DNA of 61,555 nucleotides. Source: Piedraia hortae CBS 480.64. Lineage: Eukaryota. A program made the translations under genes and the position numbers. How positions within the stretch are numbered: the stretch's first letter is position 1; every line of letters starts with the position of its first letter. The DNA lies in the NCBI GenBank assembly GCA_010093745.1, contig MU005960.1, positions 124,001 to 185,555 of the forward strand. The letters are read 5' to 3'. Shown piece after piece: positions 1 through 9,560 of this stretch. The notes under the pieces were generated by a model, which was not told the origin of the DNA, did no database searches, and saw nothing but the letters and a program-made list of their open reading frames with translations.

Positions 1-889
1 AGCTTGGGCAACCCCCTGAATAGCCGCAGCCAGTCTTCCGTATCGACTGACAATTTGGCGCGGGATGAAAGGCCTACATCATCAATATAGAGATAGGATA
101 GGTTGCCCAGCTTGGCAATCGAGCAAACGTGTCGCTGACGATGAATGGGAATCCATCACCTGGGCCCTAAGCAAGTTTCCTATCCAGCTTCGTCAAGGTT
201 GGAAAGGTGACCAAGGCCTCGAAAAAGATAGATAACGAAAGTGTAATCGTAGTCCATGCAGACGTCATCTCGCTTTGTACTTTGGTGGTTTTTTCTACCG
301 AAAAAGGCTCGTCTGAGTTGACAATACACTGGAGCAGCGATTGACATATGTACAGCTGAACTGTTAAGCGCCGCAGCTTTTTGCGCCGGATGAGTGGTAC
401 GAAAAAGCGCTTAATGTACGATTTTCTGATGAAAAAGGGCAGTGCAACATGCCCCAGATTCGGAAAATGGGCAAGGATAGCGTACGGCCACATGCTCTCG
501 TAGGGAGTGCAATGCGCCTTAAGCTCAGCAAGGCTTTTGGGTATGCTGAGCAAAGATTTCATGTTGATGCAACGTACCAATGAACCTATTTCCAACGTCT
601 TTAGACGTAGCAATGCGTAGTCTTTCATTCGGTCCGCCCACAAAGCATCGGGCACCAGGTGTAGTACCTGGACCAAATCGACAAAATTCTGGCGCTCGTC
701 TTCGCGTACAAGTCCCAGCGTCCAACCATCCACGTCATTCCGGAGGATTTCGCTCCCTGGCCCGCGCCAATCAAAAGCTCCTAAGCGAGGTTCGGTCTCC
801 CAGCGATATTTGTGCGATTTTGAGCAGGATCTCGTCTGGTACGTGGGACCTGCTTTGCTGCGCAGATGGGCCTTGTTGCTGTTAGGCAT
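1..889 (-). pseudogene. F-box/LRR-like paralog copy 1, frameshifted, running off the window start
   Basis: ORF 167..889 (DWRGPGSEILRNDVDGWTLGLVREDERQNFVDLVQVLHLVPDALW...PLIRRKKLRRLTV) aligns by eye with 2228..3502. Similarity to the paralogs continues past the stop at 167: nt 7-70 resemble 5308-5370. Confidence 0.7.
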
Positions 890-1222
890 TTAAAGGCCCG
901 CTATAGTGTTGCATTGCTGCAGAGTGCGGTTGCTGTGGGCAATGCGTGATGTCTTCGCGATTCGTGGAAAAGTTTGAGTTCGATGACGACAGAAACAATA
1001 TTTGATTTGAACGCAGAAGCTAAGAAGGTAGATAAAGCTGTCGACCCGTACATACAACCCGGATGCCAAAGTCATGTTTTCCTACATTGCGTAACCTATA
1101 CCCCACCTTCTGACCTGAGACCTCTTTTAAAAGATGTCAAACCTTCTATCAACATGAGTGCATTCGCCACATCGCATCTTCCTGTTCCCGTATGTATGCG
1201 GTGATCCAAGCGTGACGCTATG

Positions 1223-1512
1223 AGTGTACGATGCCACTACGCGACACCTCATATACAGCTGCACCCTAGGTTTTGTCCACACAGAGGTTTCCCTCATGGT
1301 CATGTCGCATGCGACATTGTGAGTGCGCCCTGCTACTGTTTGAGGTGACTCATGGAGTAATACTGCATGCTTACGTTCATACGATTTATGACTCTTCATA
1401 GGAGGCTACGCACTGGCTTTCCGGTCCAGAATATATTCTCCGATGTCCCCCTCGTATATACACTTGTATTCACTCATACACACAACTCTACTCACTATCC
1501 ATCGTTCTCACT
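1223..1512. repeat. Duplicated ~290 bp non-coding block, copy A
   Basis: agtgtacgatgccact...cagctgcaccctaggttttgtcc...ggtcatgtcgcatgcgacat...ccatcgttctcact recurs in the same orientation at ~5962-6288. Confidence 0.9.
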
Positions 1513-2227
1513 GGCATGTACCATCTGTTTCAGAAGTAGTATGCCATGCAGTGTCAGAATTTGGGAACTAAGGTATACTTATGGTTTTGGTATACCCGCT
1601 AACCCAGAAGATGAACACAGTCATTCTCGTTAAGAACCGGTCATGCTGCCCGTAGCACTGCAACGTCTGAACAGTTACATCATTGTCCTAGATTACTTTT
1701 CCAATTGCGGATTGGCAACTGACATGACAGCATATATGATAGCTGTCACTGTTCGCACGTCGCAGTCGTAATCTTTGAAAGACCCCGGTTGAGAAAGACC
1801 TAGGACACTTCTGTTGGTATATGCTCACGTCCTCATTACAATGAGGCTTCATGCCGACACCGCTGACAGTAATGATTAACAAATCTTCCCAGGTGAAAAC
1901 TCGAAAGAGACCATATATCAGGTCCACTGCCATTGAAACAGCACTACCTCACAGTTGTTCTTACCTGCACACAAGCCTTACCTAGATGAAAAACAGACAA
2001 GTAAACCATACTACACACACATAACACCATGGATATACACTCAGAAAAATGAGATGTAACAGAGAGGGCGGGTCAGAGCTTGATGGTACAGTATATCTCT
2101 TGTGCCTTGATATGCTGCCTATTCCCTCCAATAACTTGAGTAGATGCTCGAAATTCGATCGCGCGAGGCGTGTACCGTAAAGCCTCATAGATATCAAGCC
2201 AGATTATCAAGCCATATTGCCGGCGTC

Positions 2228-3502
2228 TTACTGATAAGAGACTCTCTGATGGTTGAAAATAAGTATTTTGGTGTCGCTGTCCAGCGAATCCGCGTCCCAG
2301 GATTTGGGCGCAATCGTCTCGAAGATCCGTATCGCTTTTTGCGGTATGTCCTCCACCGCCCAGTCTGTTAGCGCAATGCCCCCCAACTCTAGAAAAACTA
2401 GGTTCGGAAACAGACACCTTGTTTCGTCTTGAAAGATAGTCAAGTCTAGTGAGCTGGCAATGACGCATTCTTCCAACTTCGGGCAGCTGATTCCTAGACC
2501 TCTGAACGCTGTAGCATCGAAAACACCTTTTATGTCCAGATCAAAAACGGAAAGGTTGAGCAATCCGGTGAAAAGGCGTAGCCAATCTTCAGTAGAGACG
2601 AAGAACTCGTCAGGCGCAAATTCGAGATTGCCATCAAATGTTAGACGGGATAAATTGCTGAGCTTTGCGATCAAAGCAAGTGCATGGCTGTTAATTACTG
2701 GAGATTTGTTATCCGGGTTGCTGGAGATTGCCAAATGCACATCCTCCAAGGTTTGCAAAGTTTCTAGGGCCTCGAAAAAGACCGGTGATGGCTTTCTGGG
2801 CGCTATCCACAAGGTGGTAATATTGCTCTGTACTTTAGTAGCCTCTACCCCCGAGAGAGGCTCGTTTGAGTCGGCAATATATTGAAGGAGCTGTTGACAA
2901 GTGTACGGATTTACCTTTAAGCTCCGCAGCTTCTTGCGCCGAATGAGTGGCATGACAAACTGCTCAATCTGTAATCCTTCTATGTCAAAGAGCAGTTCAA
3001 TGTCCTCAAGATTGGGTAAGCGGGGAACGAGGGCGTACAAGGGCTGAACGCTGCTGATCTCAATCCCATGAAAGTTCACAATAGCGTTGATCTTGAGATG
3101 AACAAGACTCTTGGGTATACTGTTGTAGGCCCTTCTGTCAGTGCCACTCTTTGGTGGTGCTAATTCCAACGCCTTTAGTCGTGGCAGTGAACGATCCTTC
3201 ATCTGATATACCCACCAAGCGTCAGGAGCCAGACGCAAGATCTGGACAAAGTTTGCATGGTCTTGGCGTTCTTCTTCGGGTACATTTCCCAGCGTCTGAC
3301 TGTCCACGTCACCCCAAAGGATTTCAGTCCCCGGCCCGACCCAATCATGGCAGACTAGACAAAAGCTCCTAAGCGAAGCTCGATTGCCAAGCAAGCATTG
3401 TGCAACTTTGAGTAAGATTTCGCCCGGCAAGTGCATATTCCTCTGCCGCGCAGAGGTGTCTCGTTCTCCATTGGCGTACAAACGCTCGTTTGGTGATTGC
3501 AT
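2228..3502 (-). CDS. F-box/leucine-rich-repeat (RNI-like) protein, intact copy
   Basis: 424 aa ORF. N-terminal F-box-like LPGEILLKVAQCL...SLRSFCLVCHDW is followed by LxxLxL repeats (LPRLKALEL, LPNLEDIEL, LSNLSRLTF, CPKLEECVI, FPNLVFLEL). Confidence 0.8.
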   Translation of the reverse strand: MQSPNERLYANGERDTSARQRNMHLPGEILLKVAQCLLGNRASLRSFCLVCHDWVGPGTEILWGDVDSQTLGNVPEEERQDHANFVQILRLAPDAWWVYQMKDRSLPRLKALELAPPKSGTDRRAYNSIPKSLVHLKINAIVNFHGIEISSVQPLYALVPRLPNLEDIELLFDIEGLQIEQFVMPLIRRKKLRSLKVNPYTCQQLLQYIADSNEPLSGVEATKVQSNITTLWIAPRKPSPVFFEALETLQTLEDVHLAISSNPDNKSPVINSHALALIAKLSNLSRLTFDGNLEFAPDEFFVSTEDWLRLFTGLLNLSVFDLDIKGVFDATAFRGLGISCPKLEECVIASSLDLTIFQDETRCLFPNLVFLELGGIALTDWAVEDIPQKAIRIFETIAPKSWDADSLDSDTKILIFNHQRVSYQ

Positions 3503-4149
3503 GACTTCAGAGACTGTTTTTAGTGTGGAAAATGTGCTATTTTATTGTTTCGGGTGAGTGCGTGAAAGTATAAAAAGTCTGAGTGTAACAACATCTCAAC
3601 TAAAACCCAAAGATTGGCTGAGTCCCTGATCCAGAGCTCTGGGTTGTCATTTGGAGGTGGGGAACTTTGCGCCCCGTTTCCTGGTCTGACAACTGTCCCG
3701 ACAGCTGCCATACTGCTGTCAGAAGAACTACATGCTACGGTACTTCGGAGGAAATTGATCAATAACGAGGATGATCCGAACTGCTATCTAGTGGGGAACA
3801 CCAATACTATGAGCCAACGAGTTCTCTTTATCTACAGACGCATAATATCACACACCCTTAATTGATCCACCTTTCTCTCCTCCCTATGTTTCTGGGTGTT
3901 GACATTGTCGTATGCCGCTCCAGGTGGACCGGGTGTTACCGAGGGTCCCGGACGAACGGAACGGGACGTGGGCGGGTCTACGCGGTACGGGCCGCATCAC
4001 GCACCACATAGCTACCACCGATTTCGTGACGACCTTCAGGTCGTTACGTTCTGATCAATATAGAGGCTGTCTGAACCCATTCTGCACCCTCTGTGACATC
4101 GAGTCAGTTGCAGCCGGGGGTGAAAATGCGGGCCATCATGCCTTAAAGC

Positions 4150-4750
4150 CCTTGATAACTTTGGGCACTTGTGACGACTGCGGGGTGGGTGTTTAAGCCT
4201 ACCAATCTCATCAAGCCCTTATCTTTTAAACCGCAGAGTCGGGCCACGCGTTAGCAGGCGTGGTCGTTCCGGTGAACCCGTCGGCTCAAAGCTTCCAGGG
4301 TTTGTAGACTTCTTTCGAAAGAGGCAATTGAAAGTCCTTGGACTCTCCCAAAGTGCAAGCCTTGTTGGCTATTCCCGGCTATGATCTTCTTCGCTGCCGA
4401 TTCGGAGATGGACGCGCCCGAGTTTGTTAGATCTTGGAGGAGTATTTGGTCATTGCTCGGGCAACCCATCAGGTGCCGCTACCGGTCAAGCTACAGGAGT
4501 ACAATTGCCAACTGCTGGACCTGTCACTTTGCAGTCTCGAAGAGAAAAGTAAGCTTTATGGAACTTTCCGGTGATCGTGTAATGGCTGCATGCTGGTGCT
4601 GAGATGAGTGCTCACTTTAAGATCTACGCGGTCAACGAGTATTGTCAGACATCTATCGAAGGTAGATAGGGCGCTGGGCTTTCCTGAGATTAAGCTTTGA
4701 TGAAGATGTGTTCTAGAGGGCTTGGTCACATCATGGGAGGTGATCACCGC
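4150..4750 (-). mobile_element. Possible heavily degraded Ty1/copia pol fragment
   Basis: Broken frames read R*RHLMGCPS (cf. LWHxRMGHP) and ACTLGES (cf. CxxCxxGK). Motif-level resemblance only. Confidence 0.25.
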
Positions 4751-4928
4751 AATGCAGTCGGACTCGTGCTAGAATGTGGGGTGGCTATGGTAAACCTTAA
4801 CTTTCCTCGACGATAATCGGAAGGACTCGTCTAGATGACGGAGAGTTGCTACTAGATAGGCGATGCTTGCACGAAATACGGCCAAAATCGGTCTAGAAGC
4901 GGCTAGCGGCATGAGTACCATACGGCAC

Positions 4929-5935
4929 CTATGCATCTGGATCAAATGGCTCTACCTCTCCATTTTCTGCCCTCGTCTGCGAATCATTCTCGAAAACAAC
5001 CCGGGTCGCCACGCCGAACGGATCATTACTCCGCATGTCAAACGAGCGGAGGTTGGAAGCGATGGTTTTGGAAATTCGTACCGCTTCATGCGGGATGTCC
5101 TCCACATTCAAGCCGGTAAGTCTGATACCACCCAGGCCGAGGTCAATGAGTCTTTGAAGCAGGCACCTTGTTTCACCTTGGAAGAGGGCCAAGTCCAGTG
5201 AGTCGGCGATGTAAATTTCTCGCAATTTCGGGCAGTTGGTTGCTAAATCCATAAGCCTTGTAGCTTCGAAAACACTTTTAACGTTCAGACAAAGGAGGAA
5301 AGTTTGCGGCAATCCCTTGAATAGCAGCAGCCAGTCTCGACTGGAGACAGAGAACCTGGCACGGGAAGAACTGGCTGTTTATCCAAAATATAAGGATTTT
5401 AAGTTGCCGAGTTTTGCAATCGAAGCAAAAGCATGACTATCGATGATGGAAGAACAGTGCCCTGGGCCATTTGCGACTATAAAACCCACATGCATCAGGG
5501 TTTGGAAGGATCCTAAGGCCTCGAAACGGACAGGTGACAGCTTTTCAATCGTGCCCCCGAATATGTTCATCACGCTATCTACTTTGGTAATCTCTGCCAC
5601 CGAGAACGGATCATCTGAATCGGCAATGTAATTAAGCATCATTTGACATGTAAACGGACTAACTGCTAAGTGTCGCAGCCTGTTGCGCCGTACGAGTGGT
5701 ATGACGAACTGCTCGATTTGCGATTTTTTCCAAGTCAAAGGGCAGTACGATCTCCTCAAGATTGGGTAAGCGGAGGATGAGTTCGTACAACGAATCAATG
5801 TTCTCGATCCACTAAAAGTTCACATCAGCGTTGACCTTGAGATGAACAAGACTCTTGGGTATACTGTTGTAGGCCCTTCTGTCAGTGCCACTCTTTGGTG
5901 ATATTAATTCCAGCACCGTTAGTCGTGGTAGCGAA
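4929..5935 (-). pseudogene. F-box/LRR-like paralog copy 3, 5'-truncated and frameshifted
   Basis: ORFs 4929..5312 and 5379..5798 match the C-terminal and middle parts of the 424 aa protein (CPKLREIYIADSLDLALFQGETRCL; QIEQFVIPLVRRNRLRHL). Nt 5815-5935 are nearly identical to 3071-3191. Confidence 0.85.
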
Positions 5936-5961
5936 TGTTGGCATGAAGTCTCGTTGCTATC

Positions 5962-6288
5962 AGTGTACGATGCCACTGCGCGACACCTCTTACACCAGCA
6001 GCTGCACCCTAGGTTTTGTCCTCACAGAGGTTTCCCTCAGGGTCATGTCGCATGCGACATGGTGAATGCGCCCTGCTACTGTTATGAGGTGAGTCATGGA
6101 GTAAGACTGCATGCTGACAGTCTTACTGCATGTATGGCCACTTGCTTATGGTCATACAATTGATGACTCTTCATACGATGCTACGCATGGGCCTTCCAGC
6201 CCAGAATATATTCTCTGATGTTCCCTCGAAGATATACTTGTATTCACTCATGAAAACACATCTCTACTTTCCATCCATCGTTCTCACT
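5962..6288. repeat. Duplicated non-coding block, copy B
   Basis: Direct repeat of 1223-1512 with substitutions and small indels. Confidence 0.9.
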
Positions 6289-6549
6289 CATACATTCTAT
6301 CTGTCTTTTTCAGCGAGCTCTGTTAGGTTGTAAATTGTTCTGGGCTGCTTGAAGTTGTAATGTTGAAATTTGGGGTCCGTTCAGTTTCCTCAGGCAGGAG
6401 CCAGTCCTAATAGGGTTAGGATGATCGGTAACTACAATAGCCCCCTGCACTTGGGAGTCCAGCCCAGGATAAACAGTCTCAACCTTGGAAACATCATTGG
6501 TTAACGACTAAATTCACCGGCCTCCGTTGGCATCATAAGAAACACGTCT

Positions 6550-7403
6550 CTACTGTACAAACTTCCCACGCCCCTTCAACTTTCTCAACTCAGCCCTCTG
6601 CTCAATTGACTCTCTGAGCAAAGTCACATCCAGACTCTGTTTCTGATCCTTAACATCCGCATAACTAGCGAAACGTGTTTTCTCCTCATCATCACTCTGT
6701 TTGGGATTAGCAACACCAGCAACGGTATTGACCATACCCTCGCGGATCAGATGTAAAATCAGCTCGTTGATCGTGGCGCCCCTATTTCTGCTCTGAGCAA
6801 GAAGAACACTAGACGCAATGTTTTGAACTCGTCTTGCCTGCACCGGACCGCCATTATCAGGCTGCACGACGGTCCAGCCCATCAAAGCCATGTATTTTTC
6901 CGCTAAAGGGAAAAACATGATTGCTGGACAGGCCTGCAGGAATAGTGTCAATGAGACGTTGATGGTATCGCCGAGACGGTCGATGGCTGCTGCCATGCGG
7001 ATCCTGCGATTGTTAGCCGTGTTGGGGAGTTAATTGAGGGGTATGCTTGCCATTTATCTTTTAGCGGATCGGCGCGCCAGAACACGGCGACGAGACGATC
7101 CGCGTCGAGCGGGGATTCCACGGGAATGCACGGGCGGTAGTAGTCTGGTCTTTAGTCGGTGGGAGTTGTGATGAGGTTGGAAATGCTTACGGCAAAAGAG
7201 GTCGTACGCGTGTGGTTTGAGGGGGTAGTCGGAAAGAGGGAGATCTGGCTGCACTGTAAAGCCTGAAGGCACAGGATTGAGGCTGGCGGCCTGCGGAGGG
7301 GGAAGTCAGTTTGGTGAAACAAGATGTATTACGATAATGGAGCTCTTACCTCAGCGGGGGTTATGGGGTGAGATGCATTGTTCCCGTTTGCAGGAGCAGC
7401 CAT
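6550..7403 (-). CDS. Diverged mating-type MAT1-1-1-like alpha-box protein, 4 exons (7403-7350, 7290-7191, 7144-7051, 7003-6550), 233 aa
   Basis: Manual splicing. Introns are 7349-7291 (GTAAGA..CTGAC..CAG), 7190-7145 (GTAAGC..CTAA..CAG) and 7050-7004 (GCAAGC..CTAAC..CAG), giving a 702 nt open frame. The product contains LFC^HYYRPCIP...LVAVFWRADPLKDKW^IRMAAAIDRL...LTLFLQACPAIMFFPLAEKYMALMGW...TINELILHLIREGMV. This follows the alpha-box pattern FRxYY...LWxxDPxKxxW..MAxA...LxxF...CP.....YL...GW...SVxDII....GY. Confidence 0.8.
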
Positions 7404-7995
7404 GGTTAGTGTTGTCTGTTGGATGTTGGTGTAGGAGAGCTTGCACGGTGTCACACGCCGCTGGGTGCACTTAGTTTACCTAGTGACGCGACCAGTCGCA
7501 CATGTGCTAGTCGAAACTTCCCAAAGGTGCAGTGTTTTACCAAGACGAAGTATTTCGTGTACAATTTGGCTGCTTTGAGACGTAGCTTGGCGCGAATCAA
7601 AATTTCAGCTCGTTGGAGCATTAACTGACTTTTTCCAAGTGAAAGTCCTCAGTGTCGATAATAATAATTCACCTAATGATTGAGTTTGTGCGCATCTTCA
7701 TGTCCATAGATTGATGTAAACAAAGTTGGAGGGACGGTCAACTTGAACACCCCCGCGAGATTAATAGTGGCTTTCGCCTCACGGTCTGAGGAAAAGTGGA
7801 AACGGAGTCATATTTGGGTTCCATCTTCAACCTCCACTTTCCTGAAGTGCCAAGGAAAAGTGCAAAGATATGACTGAAACCGATGGATGCTCACCACAAA
7901 CCCACACTCTCACCTCAACGATACAAAACTCTATCCTGCCCTACCCCATACCCATCAACAATACCGCGTTCCCCCAAACAGAGTATGTAGGATAC

Positions 7996-9381
7996 TCACT
8001 TCGGCCTAACATACGCCTTCCTCTCAACGACACCTCCCTGTTTCGAAAACTTAACCTTGGGCTTCTTCTTCTTCTTAACCTTCACAGTCTCATCCTCGCT
8101 ACTCTCAAAAAACAGGTCCTTGTCATCCCCCTCCCTCTCGGCCTTCTTCCTTCTCCCCTTATCCCCAGGTCCCTCAGCCCCCTTATCCTCCCCCTCAGTC
8201 TCCCCCCCAAGATGCAACCTCTCCGAAATCAACGCACCCCCCTCCCCAAATCCCCTGGCCTTATTAAACCACACCTCCGCACCTTTCAAGTCTCCCGAAA
8301 TTACCAACGCGCGACCAATCGCAAACGACGCATCACATACGAGGATATGGTTTGGTCCATACTGTTCTTCAGCAGCTTCCAGAGCGCGTTTGGCGAGTTG
8401 GAGGGCAATGTGGGCTAGACCGTGGCTTGCGCAAAATATGGCATAGTCGATTGTTACGCGGAGGGTGTAGGGGTGTTTGTTTCCGTAGATAGCTAGGAGG
8501 CCTGTTAGGGAGGTCGTGAAGTTCTTTTTTGCGTCTGAGGTGGCGGCGGAGGGCAGGGAGGTGGTTGCTGCGGGTGGGAGGGGGGAGAGGTTTAGTGGCA
8601 AGGGGTCGGTGGGGAGATCAGCGGTTGGGGCGGTGGTGGTGTCTCCTTTGTGAGGATTTTTGGAGGTAGACGGATCCCCTTTGGTATCTCCATTGGAGGC
8701 AGCTACCGTGGCATCAGCTTCCTTCCCGGCGAATGAATCCCCCTTACGGACACCCGCGGTAGCAGCCTTCACATAACTCCGCTTAGCAGCTCCAGCCGCC
8801 TTAGCAGCCTCTCCCTTAGAATTGTCGTCGGCAGCAGAACCAGCATAACTCTCCGCTCCCGTAGTCCAATTTGCCGACGCCACGGCATTAGCCAGCGCAT
8901 GCGCCGCCTCCAGCACCTGGATACTCGTGTCGGCATAATGGGCCGCATAATTGCCATACACATAATCCAACTCCTCCACAACCCAACGACTCTTGTTATC
9001 CAGAAACCACACGTACGTAGCCATATGCTGCTTGATGTCCAGCACCACAACATCATCCAGGAGGAGTTCCTCCATCATAACTTCCAAAACAGCGCGGAGG
9101 AGATTGGCTGCATCGTTTAGACGGCCGAGGTAGGCGTAGATGAAGGCCAAAGTGTGCTTGGTTTCGACGACCATGGGGTGTGTGGGCTCGAAACCTACGA
9201 GGAGGCTGTAGATGGTTGCGCTGTAGTCTTTTGCGTAGGTTTGGAGGAGTTCAGGCGTGGGGTTCGGGATGTTGTGTTCCAAGAGTTTGCGGAGGGTGGG
9301 CTCGTGGTGCTTGAGGAGTTCGTGGTAGAAAAGGCGTTCAGACCGTTTGTTGGGTAACTTTGGGACGTTGATATGTGGCAT
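7996..9381 (-). CDS. TPR-like repeat protein (kinesin-light-chain-type repeats) with a low-complexity central insert
   Basis: Long ORF with a probable ATG at 9381 (MPHINVPK). Repeated helical units: GFEPTHPMVVETKHTLAFIYAYLGRLNDA, YGNKHPYTLRVTIDYA, YGPNHILVCDASFAIG. The stop overlaps a possible GTGAGT donor, so the 3' end is uncertain. Confidence 0.55.
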   Translation of the reverse strand: MPHINVPKLPNKRSERLFYHELLKHHEPTLRKLLEHNIPNPTPELLQTYAKDYSATIYSLLVGFEPTHPMVVETKHTLAFIYAYLGRLNDAANLLRAVLEVMMEELLLDDVVVLDIKQHMATYVWFLDNKSRWVVEELDYVYGNYAAHYADTSIQVLEAAHALANAVASANWTTGAESYAGSAADDNSKGEAAKAAGAAKRSYVKAATAGVRKGDSFAGKEADATVAASNGDTKGDPSTSKNPHKGDTTTAPTADLPTDPLPLNLSPLPPAATTSLPSAATSDAKKNFTTSLTGLLAIYGNKHPYTLRVTIDYAIFCASHGLAHIALQLAKRALEAAEEQYGPNHILVCDASFAIGRALVISGDLKGAEVWFNKARGFGEGGALISERLHLGGETEGEDKGAEGPGDKGRRKKAEREGDDKDLFFESSEDETVKVKKKKKPKVKFSKQGGVVERKAYVRPK

Positions 9382-9560
9382 TTTTTTTTCGTCTTGGTTA
9401 TCTTGATGGGGAAGAGTAAGCTTTTGCGTGTGCTTGGAATTTCCCAAAGAGGAAGGTGCTTGATGACAGAATTTGTGTGTTGACTCGTTCTCAAGATCGA
9501 ATTGGTAAAAGGATTGCTCCCGAGCAATCTATACGCATGTGCTGTCATGGCTTTTTCCTA

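Noticed and set aside
3934..4031. tgttac...cgtgac segment as a solo LTR
   Set aside because: Only about 100 bp, imperfect terminus, no TSD and no second copy.
6550..7272. ORFs 6550..6996 and 7054..7272 as two separate small genes
   Set aside because: Both are better explained as exons of the spliced alpha-box gene.
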